Origin: Octopus vulgaris
Lineage: Eukaryota
DNA length: 64,000 nucleotides
NCBI GenBank assembly: GCA_951406725.2
Contig: OX597819.1
Span: 65,906,001-65,970,000 of the forward strand
Direction of reading: 5' to 3'
The position numbers and the translations under genes were made by a program. A model generated the notes under the pieces. That model ran no database searches. It saw nothing but the letters and a program-made list of their open reading frames with translations, and was not told where the DNA came from. Below, one piece after another: positions 40,504 to 53,874 of the stretch (position 1 is the stretch's first letter; every line of letters begins with the position of its first letter).

Positions 40504-41024
40504 CTATATATAGATATATAGATATGTATGTATATCATATGTTTGTATGTGTGTGTGATGTTGATTTACTGAGAAGCGATAAATTATCACATTCAATACG
40601 CATCAGTACGATTATACGTAGATGAATTTTAACGTAAGTCTCCAAAATGTGAGTAGTCTGTGTTGCGCCACAAAGCTGTTTGAGCAGTAAAAAAAAACTG
40701 AGCATCTTAAATCATACGATATATTTTGCATATATTTTCTCATTTTGCAAGAGAGCGAGCACACACACTCACGTTTATGTGTGTGTGTGTGTGTGTGGAC
40801 ACACATTATTTGTCTATAACATAATAACATAATGCAACAAAGCGTTCTACGACGATCCAAGCAATGACGATTGGGGAATGTACGGAGAAACTTGGAATAA
40901 AAACTTGTTTATCGTAATTTTGTGAGTTTATGTATGTATGTTTGTATGTGTGTATGTATGTTTGTTTGTATGTATGTATATATGTATGTATGTATGTATG
41001 CATGTATGTTTGTATGAATGCATC

Positions 41025-41229
41025 TTTTTATTTGTTTCAGTCATTTGACTGCGGCCGTGCTGGAGCACCGCCTTTAGTCGAACAAATGGACCCCAGTACT
41101 TATTCTTTATAAGCCCAGTACTTATTCTATCGATCTCTTTTGCTGCACTGCTAAGTTACGGAGATGTAAACGAACCAGCATCGGTTGTCAAGCGATGTTA
41201 GGAGATGACAAACACAGAAACATACACAC

Positions 41230-41315
<86 letters not shown>

Positions 41316-41475
41316 ATGACGGTCTTCTTTCAGTTTTCGTCTCCCAAATCCACTCGCAAGGCTTTGGTTGGCCCCAGGCTATAGTAGGAGACACCTGCCC
41401 AATGTGTCACACAGTGGGACTGAACCCGGAACCATGTAGTTCGTAAGCAAGCTATTTACCTCACGGCGATTCCTA
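41025..41475 (-). mobile_element. SINE family A
   Basis: TTGTTTCAGTCATTTGACTGCGGCC tail inverse, internal (CA)n(TA)n(TG)n, GTGGGACTGAACCCGGAACC. Confidence 0.88.
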
Positions 41476-42684
41476 TGTCTACTTATGTATGTAAGTATGT
41501 ATGTATGTATAGCAGACAAGTTAAAATAATGGTCATTACATATAATTCCTTTATTACAGTAAATTTGGCTGTCAGCTGTTTCTAGTAGTCATTATACATA
41601 GGTTTATTCAATTGGTCTATTGATTAGCTGAGGTAATTTGAAAGACTTAAAGAAATTGATGATACCTTCGCCATAGCCATCGTAGGAAAGATATATATAT
41701 ATATATGAACGTGTTTGTTTACAAATATTATATGTAATATTAAACAGTTTTAGTATATATATTAACTAAATTTGGCTAAAATTGATGGGTGAGCATTTGG
41801 GCCAATCGGATGCACAAGGAGCCATGTTAGCATCGATTTGTGGGTTTGATTCTGGCTGGGGTTATCTCATTATTCTTTAGCCATGTGTTTGTATTTACAA
41901 AACTGTCGTTTCAAATCGGAGAATATAATATTACTATGATATATTATTATACAGCTATACTACATAACTTTGATAACTTCGATAGGTTTCGGCCAGTATA
42001 GGCCCAGGACATATCTAACTTAATAGCACCACCTGGTGATATATATATTTAGTTATTGTGTGCTGTGTAAATATATGCGCGCAGAGAAGCTCAACCACAA
42101 CAGGGTTCACGTGATACACACACACACATCCCACACACACATCCCACACACACATCCCACAAATACGAACAACCATTCCGATGCGTTTACAATTTATTTA
42201 TTTGAGCATACAAGCATACACATCGTCAAATACGATAATCCCTCGACTATCGCGAATGTAACGTTCCACAACTTCCCGTGATAGCTGAGAAAATATAAAT
42301 ATCAATCGGCTGCAGAAACCCGTGGTATACCGACGAGTGCGTGATATAAATTTACATATATTAACCAGAAAATTCCGCGATGTACTAAGTACGCGATAGG
42401 TATACCGCGATATGGCGATGTATATATGTGCATGCGTGTATCTACTGGCATCTAATGAAGAATGTAGTTTTATTTATACGCATACGGAAGCAAAAATACA
42501 TACATGTACATATACAGAACTGCTCGCAAATGTACCTAGGCACAGACACATGCTTAAACAACCAAATGGATACATTGAAACACGTAAATGCATACGCCTG
42601 TCAACAACGCCTAGGGTGATATCTTAGCGCATTCTTACAGAATATGTGTATATATATGTGTGTATGTGTGTGTATGCATGTATG

Positions 42685-42729
<45 letters not shown>

Positions 42730-42826
42730 GAATATGTATGTATATATGAATATGTATGTATATATGAATATGTATGTATATATAAATATGTATGTATATA
42801 TATATGTATGTATATATGTATGTATG

Positions 42827-42858
<32 letters not shown>

Positions 42859-43744
42859 TGTATGTATATATATATGTATGTATATATATATATGTATGTA
42901 TATATATATGTATGTATGTATATATATATATGTATACATATATGTATATATGTATACATATGTATATACTTATATATATATATATGTATATATGTATACA
43001 AATATGTATATATATACATATATATATATACATATATACTTATATATATTTATATATATAAGTATATATGTATATATATATATGTATATACACGTATACA
43101 CGCGCATACGCACACACATACATGAGTGTGTGAGTGCGCGCGTGTATGTGTTTGTGTGTGTGTATATACATGCATACACACACACAAACACATATTCATT
43201 CATCTGTGCATACGTTCATTCTTACATTCATGCATACATGTATTTATGCGTGTGTATGCCTGTGTGTGTGTGTGTGTCTGTGTGTGTGTGTGATTACGTT
43301 CCTTTTCTTTTGCCTCTTTTCTTTTGTTTGTTTTTCTTTTTCTTTTGTTTGTTTTTCTTTTTCTTTTTCTTTTTCATTGGTTCAGTGCCAGTGTGGATCA
43401 AAGTTCCAGGTGAAGAAGGGCAGATTTCCAAACAGAATCGATCCGTCGTCGTCGTTTATACATCTTAGAACTTGAGGGGAACCTTTAAAAAGAACGCCTG
43501 CTGCTTTTTGTGCTCGGTCGTATTAGTAGTAGTGGCAGTGGTAGAAAGGGTGATAGTGGTAGTGGTTGTGGTGGTAATGTTGTGTGTGGAGATAGTAGGA
43601 GTTGATGTTGTAACGGTTGGGAAGATTGGAATATAGTCTTTGAGATGGAAGTGGCAGCAGAACGGGAATAGCGATGTTACTGCAGGTTTCGGTGGTATAT
43701 GCTTTCTGTTTGATCGTTGGCAGAGGGGTAATGTAGAAATTAAT

Positions 43745-43938
43745 AGTGGTGGTAGTGTCGGTGGTGGTTGTGGTAGTGGTATGGCAATGCAATGCTATCA
43801 GTGGTGGTTGCGATTGTAGTATGGGAATGGTAGTATAGGTGCTTGTACTGCTATATTACTAATGGTGTTGACGCTACAATACTAGCGGTGGTGGTTACAG
43901 CAGTAGGGATCATATTAAACGCGTTCTTGCAGTAGTAT

Positions 43939-43997
<59 letters not shown>

Positions 43998-44296
43998 ATT
44001 GCCGTTGTTGTTGTAATGTTGGTGGTAGTTGTGGTGGTGGTGGTGGTAGTGAAGGTTTTTGATTGTAGTAGTAGTAGTAGCAGTAGTAGTAGTAATTGCT
44101 GTTGTTGTTGTAGTGTCGGTGGTGGTTGTGGTAGTGGTATGGCAATGCAATGCTATCAGTGGTGGTTGCGATTGTAGTATGGGAATAGTAGTATAGGTGC
44201 TTGTACTGCTATAGTACTAATGGTGTTGACGTTACAATACTAGCGGTGGTGGTTACAGCAGGAGGGATCATATTAAACGCGTTCTTGCAGTAGTAT

Positions 44297-44382
<86 letters not shown>

Positions 44383-44656
44383 ATTGCCGTTGTTGTCGTA
44401 GTGTTGGAAGTGGTTGTGGTGGTGGTGATGGTCGTGGTCGTAGTAGTAGTAGTAGTAATTGCTGTTGTTGTTGTAGTGTCGGTTGTGGTGGTGGTAGTGG
44501 TATGGCAATGCAATGCTATCGGTGATGGTTGCGATTGTAGTATGGGAATGGTAGTATAGGTGCTTGTATTGCTGTAGTACTAATGGTGTTGACGCTACAA
44601 TACTAGCAGTGGTTGTTTACAGCAGGAGTGATCATATTAAACGCGTTCTTGTAATG

Positions 44657-44710
<54 letters not shown>

Positions 44711-44735
44711 ATTGCCGTTGTTGTTGTAGTGTTGG
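43745..44735. repeat. Three tandem ~360-bp units containing (TAG)n
   Basis: GGTATGGCAATGCAATGCTATC...GATCATATTAAACGCGTTCTTG at ~43778, 44136 and 44499. Confidence 0.9.
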
Positions 44736-45024
44736 TGCTGGTTGTGGTGGTGGCGGTGCTGGTCGTGGTTGTGGCAGTGCAGGTGGTAGTACTTGTTAAT
44801 TATTAGGTGGTGCATTGGCGATGGTAGCGGCGGTGTAATAATGATTGTATTAGTAGAGGTATAGATATGATGGTGGTGGTGGTGGTGGTGGTAGGACGAG
44901 TAGGGTCTGCAGTAGTGGTATTGTATTGTATTGGTGGTGGTGAAGGTGGTGGTAGAGGTGGTGGTAGAGCTGTAGCTAATGGTAACGATGGTAGTATTGG
45001 TAGTAACGTGAGGAGTGTAGTAAA

Positions 45025-45250
45025 GGTGGCGAGCTAGCTGAGTCGTTAGCACACCGGACAAAAAGGCTTAGCGGCATTTCGTCCATCTTGTATGTTATGA
45101 GTTCAAATTCCAGCGAGGTTGACTTTGCCTTTCATCCTTTCGGGGTCGATTAAATAAGTACCATTTGAACACTGGGAGAGGTGGAGGGCAACGTAATCGA
45201 CTTACCTCTTCCTCCAAAAATTGCTGGCTTTGTGCCATTATTTGAAACCG
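45025..45250 (+). mobile_element. SINE family B
   Basis: GGTGGCGAGCTAG head; GACTTTGCCTTTCATCCTTTCGGGGTCGAT. Confidence 0.85.
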
Positions 45251-45384
45251 TTTCTAATAGTTTGGTAAGGGTCCTGTTTGTTGTGTTGTCGGTTTGGTGC
45301 TGATGGTGATGTTGATAATGGTTGCGGTTGTGGTGATGGTGGTATCGGTGGTGGTGTTGAGTCTGCTGCTGCTGCTGCTGCTGG

Positions 45385-45420
<36 letters not shown>

Positions 45421-45907
45421 CGACAACGACGACGGTGATGATGATGATAATGACGATGATGATGGCGATAATGATGATGATGATGATGATGATGATGATG
45501 CTGTTGTTATTGTTGTTGCAGCTCATCAGGGATTAAATTGACGTATCGATTATTCTTGTTCTTATGACGGTGCTGTATATTTTTGTAGCAGTTATTGACG
45601 TCGTCGATATTTAGCCCCAGGCCAAATCCTCATCGAGAAGATCAATGATCAAAAGCTTGATAGCCGTGACCATCCATCATTTTGCATGCATGTTTTCAAG
45701 GAGTTTAACAGATACGATATTATTCTTTTGCTTTGATGAGAGAGTGGGGTGTGATGTGAGGGAGAAATTGCTGCCATTTCTTGTAAATCGACCGATCGAC
45801 CGCTTTGACACTCACGTATTAGCAGTAACATGGCGCTGGTGCTGGTGGCTGCGGCGTCGGTGGTGGTGGTCTTATTCTTCTTCTTATTCTTATTATTCTT
45901 ATTCTCA

Positions 45908-45966
<59 letters not shown>

Positions 45967-46520
45967 GAGTGAGAGAGCAGTTCATGCCATCAAAGTGACA
46001 CTGGGGTAAAATATACGAAGCCCAATATACCCATCATGACTACCCGTCTGATAAGGGTACACCAGGCACATGCATCACAACCATATGTGCGCGACATGGT
46101 GATCTCATAAAAAGATAAACAGCACATGACCTTGCAAGTGGGGCCCAGTTAGAATTTTCTTCAGGTTGAGTAGCCCATCCCGCTCAAAAGGTCCCTGAAT
46201 AAAGGTTGTTTAAGGATGTTGAAAGAACCACCCACATTTCCAGAGGTGAATTATTCAAACCCCAAAGAATCCCTCTCAACACATGGCTATGATGCTCCCC
46301 CACAACTTCTGCTCGTGATCAGAGATGCACATATCGTCAGCCACTAAGGGACATGCTCAACTGGTTGTGGTCAAACAACTGACAAGCAAATCTGTGGTAT
46401 TGAGCAGAATATTTGCTGTAGCCCATCTTTTATACCAAGACAAAACAATGTACATGATAACACTTCCAATCAGTTAAGACTAGAAGCCATGAGAGTCACT
46501 GCCTGGTACTGCATCAGGGC
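45967..46520. mobile_element. ~550-bp non-coding element inserted in (ATT)n
   Basis: Complex GC-richer sequence sharply bounded by (ATT)n on both sides; no ORF. Confidence 0.55.
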
Positions 46521-46531
46521 AATTATTATTA

Positions 46532-46588
<57 letters not shown>

Positions 46589-46879
46589 CAATCAGGACTC
46601 ACGCCATTAGACACAAAGAATAATCTCTAATTCGAGCCTTCTGTAAGCTACTAAGAATGCGTGTGGCAACTTGAAGATTCACTCACCACATGCGATAGAT
46701 TGTGCACGGGCGCTAAAGCAACGTTGTTATCCTCATTCCGTAAACGGTGGCTTTTAACGGGTGGAGAGCTGAACCATCCTGGGGTACAGAGGATTCACAA
46801 TCTAGACTAGGGTCTGAAAGTTTACTCCACCACAGTGGGTTACACCATGGTTCGTCTGCTTTGTGGCAGAAGTGCGAAG

Positions 46880-47062
46880 AAAGAGTGAGAGAAAGTTAAG
46901 GTGAAACAGTACAGCGGGGTTCACCACCCCTCCCCGCCGGACCCTCGTGAAGCTTAGGTGTTTTTGCTCAATAAACACTCACAATGCCCGGTCTGGGAAT
47001 CGAAACCGCGTTCTTACGAACGCGAGTCCGCTGCCCTAACCACTGCGCCATTGCGCTTCCAC
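46880..47062 (-). mobile_element. 5' part of SINE family C
   Basis: GGGAATCGAAACCGCG..CCCTAACCACTGCGCCATTGCG (inverse A and B boxes). Confidence 0.8.
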
Positions 47063-47217
47063 GTCGGTGGTGGTTGACGGCATCATCGTCGCGTTGTTGT
47101 TGCTTTTGGTGGTGGTGGTGATGAATCGTAGCGTGTTGTTGATGGTTGGCATTGATAAATTTATAATTATCTCCTGTAATGTAAGTAATGGGCCTGCCAG
47201 CATGCGGTTTGTTTATT

Positions 47218-47253
<36 letters not shown>

Positions 47254-47626
47254 ACGCATGCGTGCACATCCATCACCCAAAACACAAGCACAAACACAAA
47301 CATCGTTTATTCTCAGTTACAAAAACAGATCACTTTGATAAAGCACTCAATACCTTATGATACACAGATTCAATTTGAGCAGCGTACGGAGATTATATCA
47401 ACAGTGCTTCACACGCATACGAACAGATCTCTTCTTTATGCATGGAGCAATATATAAATGCATACTTGCATATATGTGTGTATGTATACAAACATACGTG
47501 TATATATATACACATATGTACATAAGGACATATCCACGTACTCACAGATACACACGCATGCGGTCAGATAAACACATCCGTATACATACACATGTATACA
47601 CACACACACACATATATATATATATA

Positions 47627-47768
47627 GGAGTGGCTGTGTGGTAAGTAGCTTGCTTCTCAACCACATCGTTCCAGGTTCAGTCCTTGGGCAAGTGTCTTCT
47701 ACTATTGCCTCGGACAGACCAAGGCCTTGTGAGTGGATTTGGTAGGCGGAATCTGAAAGAAGCTCGTC

Positions 47769-47863
<95 letters not shown>

Positions 47864-48086
47864 CGTGCGTGCGTGTGTGTGTGTGTGTGTTTGTGTTTGT
47901 GCCCCTACCATCGCTTGACAACCGATGTTGGTGTGCTTACGTCCCCGTAACCTAGCGGTTCGGCAAAAGAAACCGATAGGATATAAATACTAGGCTTACA
48001 AAGAATAAGTCCTGGGAGTGATATGTTCGACAAAAGGTGGTGTTCCAGCATGGCTGCGGTCATGTGACTGAAACAAGTAAAAGAGT
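47627..48086 (+). mobile_element. SINE family A, full length
   Basis: GGAGTGGCTGTGTGGTAAG head, internal (TA)n(TG)n, GACTGAAACAAGTAAAAGAG tail. Confidence 0.9.
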
Positions 48087-48544
48087 GCGTGTTTACGTGT
48101 GTGTGTGAGTGTGTACATATTTATACGCACTGATACTTAAACGGTTAAGAGGTTTCATACGTAAATTTATATTGAAAAAAAGAAACAAAAACAAATCGAA
48201 GAAAATGCTTAGAGAACGTTTATCATGGAAAACAAAGACAATACGTACGTTTTAAAACAAGCAGCTACTATTAGTTTCGGTCGCTTTATGATGACTTCTT
48301 CCAGCTGCAAATAAAAGACAAAAAAAATTAATCTTTCATAGTATCAGTTATGGAAAGAGATCACATGGTTCTTTGTTTCGTTTCCTTCCGGTTGTTGTTG
48401 GTTGACAGCGGTGACCAGATAATGAAAGTGTTAGCAGGAAGGCCTGTTAGTAGGGTAAGAGGAACAGTAGTAGTAGCGGCAGTTGCAGCACTGGCAGCTG
48501 CTAAGGTTCCCTGTGGCTTGTAGCAGACTTCCCAATAGCCACGG

Positions 48545-49570
48545 CCGGCTGCGAATTTTTTTTTTTCCTACGGGAGTTCCGGACCCAAGTTATGAACTCA
48601 TTTGCATGCAACCAATGAGGGCTCTAAAGACTAGTGTCATAGAATTAAATACAATAATTATAACAGATAGATTTATAATTACTACTAATAACAGTACTCA
48701 CACATTTTCTTGCCTATTTTTTTTTTTGTACAAAAGCTCTTAAAATGAATAAAACTCGTTTTTTCGCTGAAGATCACGGAAAATGTACATGAGGGACTCG
48801 GATAGCCAAAGATACATTAACAATACTCACGTCCATAATTTGTATCAATGAATCAATGTTTATTTATAAAACCTCTAAGCAGTTTCCGTACTTTCATGTT
48901 CGTCAAAAAAGAAACATTATCTTTAACTGTTATAGTAATTCAAACCTACCGCTAACAAGCGTACGTGTTCAGTATCGATGGTATTGGCATCTGAATGAGA
49001 GCACAATACAAGATTCGCATGGCAATCAGAGGTCGCTATTTTAAATGCCAACCTATGGTAACTTGACATGGTCAAGATGAGCTCTGATTGGCTGTATACA
49101 GATGAGTTCATTACTGGGTCCGGAACTCTCGTGGAAAATTTTTTCGTAGGCAGGTATAGGGTTGCTGGTGCCCCAGGCGCGAAAACTTTTTTTCCCGTGA
49201 GAGTTCCAGACTCAAGTTATGAACTCATTTGCATACAGCCAATCAGAGCTCGACTATCAAACTAATTTATGAGCGCATAACAAGTGATGGGTGATATGAT
49301 AAGGTCACTTGGGTAAGGAATGACCATGCTTCTTTTCTCTTTTAATAATGCTTGTTGTTCTTGTTAGGTATAATCTGAGAGCTGACCGGCACCTTTGTTT
49401 TCACACTTTTTAAACAATCCTTCAACAGTCTGCCAGCACCCAATGTTTCTGCCACCATCACCAACCTTTGTTAACTTGACAACAAGGTCAAGGTGAGCTC
49501 TGATTGGCTGTATGCAAATGAGTTCAATTACTGGGATCCGGAACTCTCGTGGGAAAATGTTTTCGGGCTT
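48545..49570. repeat. Four ~75-bp octamer/CCAAT modules in alternating orientation (possibly two adjacent TIR elements)
   Basis: GAGTTCCGGACCCA..ATGAACTCATTTGCATACAGCCAATCAGAGCTC forward at ~48575 and ~49200, reverse at ~49079 and ~49495. Confidence 0.8.
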
Positions 49571-49713
49571 CGGGCAAGCTGAACTTCGGTGTGTACAAGC
49601 TGACGATCGTGGAAATTTCCTTGTTTTTGTCACGCCCTCCTTGACACCCCATAGCATGGCGCCGCGGTGACTGTTCGAGTTGCCGATACCTTGAGCCGGC
49701 CCTGCCAGTACCT

Positions 49714-50166
49714 CGGTAATTCTCAACCGGGGTCCACAACACCCTTCGAATACCATATGATTCTTGAGTGTCCATATAAGATTTTGCTGTTAAAATTTAA
49801 ATGCAATATTTTAACAATTATTTTTTATACAATTCATAATTACATTTAGTAATCCTGTCTATTATAGGCAGAAGAGCTGAAATTTGAGGGAGGGGGATAG
49901 TCGATTACATCGACCCCAGTATTCAGCTGGTACTTACTTTATCAACCCCGAAAGGATGAAAAGCAAAGTCGACCTCGGTGGAATTTGAACTCAAAGCGTA
50001 AAGACGGACGAAATATCGCTTAGCATTTCACCCGGCGTGTTAACGATTGTGCCAACTCAAAAATATATTTGGATTTTGTAACCATCGAATGGCTATGAAG
50101 GCCCACCGAGTAAAAATAGAAATCAAAGAGGTCGATATGTTTTTAGAAAATGGTTGAGAATGGCTG
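49714..50166. mobile_element. hAT(Charlie)-like MITE with a nested SINE B (~49850-50057)
   Basis: Imperfect TIRs CGGTAATTCTCAACC / GGTTGAGAATGGCTG; no TSD visible. Confidence 0.5.
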
Positions 50167-50432
50167 ATCAAACCCGGAGTAGTGTTGGCTTATAACAGTT
50201 ATCCATCTATAAGGTTACACTATCGGTTGTGGCTCTCTCGTTTTCTCTGCCACATATACAAAGTGACGCAGAAGCCACGCATCATTATATTCACGAGAAA
50301 AACCGTTTATATAAGGAATACGATCATCTTTCTGTTACTTGCAAAGTATTCATTTCTTCACTGGTGTGTACCTTTCGCGCCATCGTGTATATGTGATATA
50401 ATGTACGTAAGTGTAGGCGTATATATATTTAA

Positions 50433-50663
50433 CTATTTCTTTACTACCTACAAGGGGCTAAACACAGAGGAGACAAACAAGGACAGACAAACGGATTAAG
50501 TCGATTATATCGACCCCAGTGCGTAACTGGTACTTAATTTATCGACCCCGAAAGAATGAAAGGCAAAGTCGACCTCGGCTGAATTTGAACTCAGAACGTA
50601 ACGGCAGACGAAATACGTCTACGCATTAAGCCCGGCGTGCTAACGTTTCTGCCAGCTCGCCGC
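50433..50663 (-). mobile_element. SINE family B
   Basis: CAAGGGGCTAAACACAGAG...TTCTGCCAGCTCGCCGC. Confidence 0.88.
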
Positions 50664-52083
50664 GCATCAATATATGTATGTGTATGTATCTGTGTATATG
50701 TTTGTACATATGTGTATGCAAAGGGAAAGAGAGAGAGAGAGAGAGAGAGTGGATGAGAAGAAGAGATGTATGGGAAAGAATAATAAAACTGAGAGCAATG
50801 AAGAAAGCGTGAATAGTTGTTAGAGAGATGGCTGAATGTATGATGTCGGAGTAAGCGTGCATTAGTTTGAGCCGAAATAACCCAGACTTTCCTTAGTAAC
50901 GTTAACGCTGCTTAACCACATTGCAAGGAGTGGTACGGTCGGAAGGTGCTGAAACTGCATATGTCCCTTCGACGGCAGATGAAGGAAGTGCTTTGTAATG
51001 CCGACTGTATGAAAATGTGTGTGTGTGTACACATATGTTCACTCACACACACACATAGTTTGGAACTGAAGGTTTGTCCTGTGACTGGAGTTTCACGCGA
51101 CTCGATCTTCAGCTTATATATTTGTGTGTGTGTGTGTGTGTGTGTGTGCGTGCGTGCGTGTGTAGTTGTATTTATATCGACTCATACATACACAAACTCA
51201 CATTCCCTCTCACACACACACTCACACACCCTACAACAGAAGTGGCCGTGAGAGATTGGAAGCTATTTTCAGCTGAGCTTTATTTTGTATATTTCCTTTA
51301 GGTTGGTCATATATCAAGGAATGGCGCGATTGATGACTCAATTCCATTCATTAAAAGCCAATCCTTTTACAACACATTCTCTTTCTATGTTTTTCTCTTT
51401 GTTTCCGGCTCTCTTTCCACCTGCTTTCTCATGCCTGCACGCGCGCGCGCACACACACACACTCACACACACACACACACTCACACACACACACACACGC
51501 ACACACACTTACCCAGTCGCTCAGTTAATTTTACTTATAAATATCCTGTCTCCTTATCAACGTGAAACAGATCGATAACTCACCCTTGGCCAAGCTCTTC
51601 ATAATCTCCTCGGCTTAATCAATCTAAGATCAAAGAACTCAAACTTGAATGCAAATCCTAAATACATGTTATTTTGAAGTAACAACATCAAATAACACGT
51701 GCCAGCTAGAGAACCTCTACCTGGTCAGTAAATCTGCTAAAAATACCTCCTAAATCTCCGTCAAAATCTCAATTATGCCTTTAAAAAGTGAAAGGGTATT
51801 TTAAATGATGCAGACCTAGTTACGTCATTATAAAATCATAAATCAGTACACGAATATATAAAGCGAGATATTAAATGATTAAAATGAAATGCAATTTTAA
51901 CTAAAAAAAAAAACAGAAAAGAAACGTGCAAAAAATTAATCTTTTGGTGGGGGCAGCAGCGTTGTTCTTCAGCCATGAATGAGGATTCACTGACTAGGTC
52001 TGATTGGAGCAGGCCACGTTTCTAACCGTTCGGCATTACTCGTTTTGCAATCTATGGTATCCAAAGATGTCCCTTAGTATATA

Positions 52084-52444
52084 CAGGGTGATTCAAAAGT
52101 CACCATACATAGGAATAATTTATCCTTTTATAAGAAACAGAGTATAGGAACAGTTTTTCTTTTTATTTAATAGGCTCTATATGGTTACCGCTGTTTTGAA
52201 TACACATTGCAATACGTTTACCCCACTCATTGGGAACTCTTAAGAGCATATCTGGTGACACTTGTGCAAATGAATTGGTAATGTGTTCCTTCAAATGGTT
52301 TAGGTCTTTTATCTTTCCGCGATGCACAATGCCTTTCGAATGCCCCCAAGGATATAAATCAAGAGGAGTCAGATCAGGGGATCTAGGAGATCTTATAAAC
52401 TGTTTCTTATAAAAAAAATGTTTTTCTATGTATGGATCACCCTG
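52084..52444 (-). mobile_element. Internally deleted mariner-like element
   Basis: TA-CAGGGTGAT...ATCACCCTG-TA with ~55-bp imperfect TIRs; retains PRSPDLTPLDLYPWGHSKG on the minus strand. Confidence 0.85.
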
Positions 52445-53829
52445 TATATTCAGGGATCTGTATGAAACGGCTGTTGTGCGTTATGTTGTCTGTATTCACC
52501 AACTACTATACTGTAAGTGCCTTCTCTATTCCAAGCTCAATTTCTTTTTGGTGACGTGCACATCCTTTTAAAACCCATCTCATCCCCAAACCACACTGGC
52601 TCTGTCTATCAGATCCGTTTTGGAAGGACGCTGAAATACAATTTATCAACCATTTCATGATCTCTATCATTGGTATTCTGTGGAGATGCATTATTGGTGA
52701 TGAACCGAGCAGCATATTTTTCTTTCTCTCCCCTTATTATGGATATGATGTAGCCAAGAGGATGGCTAGAAGTGGAGTGGGGGGGGGGGGCAACATTTCT
52801 TGTGGCTTTACGGGTTTTGTTTGTTGTCCCAGGCTAAAGAATGTAAGATAATTCGTTGTTTCCTTGAACCTTCGCATTGCTGGAAGGCACAAGAGTGCTT
52901 TGTCTTCATTGGAGAATGCATTTGAAAGCCCTTCTTCCTGTTGATGGAGACGGCTCAGATTTGATGTATGTGCCTGGCTTATATGTAAACAACATCTGCG
53001 TGTAGAAGAACAAGAAATAGCAATGACTAGCATCATATACGTAGTAGTAATCGTTGTTAAGATCATACATATTTCCATTTAAAACATATGTAAGTGATTT
53101 TTTTTCCTTATTTTTATTTCATATCAGCCTCAATAACAACTGCATCAACAACGTCAAAACAATTCTTCGAATTTTCAAATTCATCCTTGAAATCCGGTGG
53201 CTTGTGTATACTCGTTAATTCATTTAATATCAAGTTAAAGGACATTCACACTATCTTTTTGTACACAGAAGAAAGGTTGTTTTTTTTTAAATATTAGCCT
53301 TGCAGTATACAAATGTGAAAATCAGAATCCAACACGCCACCACCACCTTCAGAAAATGACATTTTTCTCTTCTTTCCTTTCTTTTTCTTTTTACCTTTTT
53401 TCCTTTGTTAAAATACCAAATACAGTTAATTTGCTCATATTTTTCGTACAAAGAAAATATTTTCACTTCTAATCATAAGTTTAATTGAAGCAAAGAAAAG
53501 ATATAGTTGTATTTTTAATGCATTTTATACATTGCTGCGGTTCGTACTTGGAAGATGTTTTAGATAAAAATGGAAAACTGAAAATATTATTGAAACGAGA
53601 AAGTTGCGAATTCCGAAAAAGAAAAATGGTTGTAGAGATCGGGAAGTTGCGAATTCAGAAATATAAAAATGATTGTTCTTAGATAATTCCGATTTCTGAC
53701 ATACGTAGCAGAGCACAGACATCGTTGTATACATCAACGCAAATCAACACCATCATCATTAGTGGCAGCAGCAGTAGTAATAGGAGCTGTAACACCAGCA
53801 ATATGATAATAATAATAATAATAATTATA

Positions 53830-53874
<45 letters not shown>

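Noticed and set aside
41985-42010. Partial HHR motifs (also ~31400-31432)
   Set aside because: Only GAAAC and, at best, stem II are visible; CUGANGA is missing or too altered.
44268-44513. Thr-rich mucin-like ORF
   Set aside because: It derives from (TAG)n in a tandem repeat, with no splice support and frames that differ between units.
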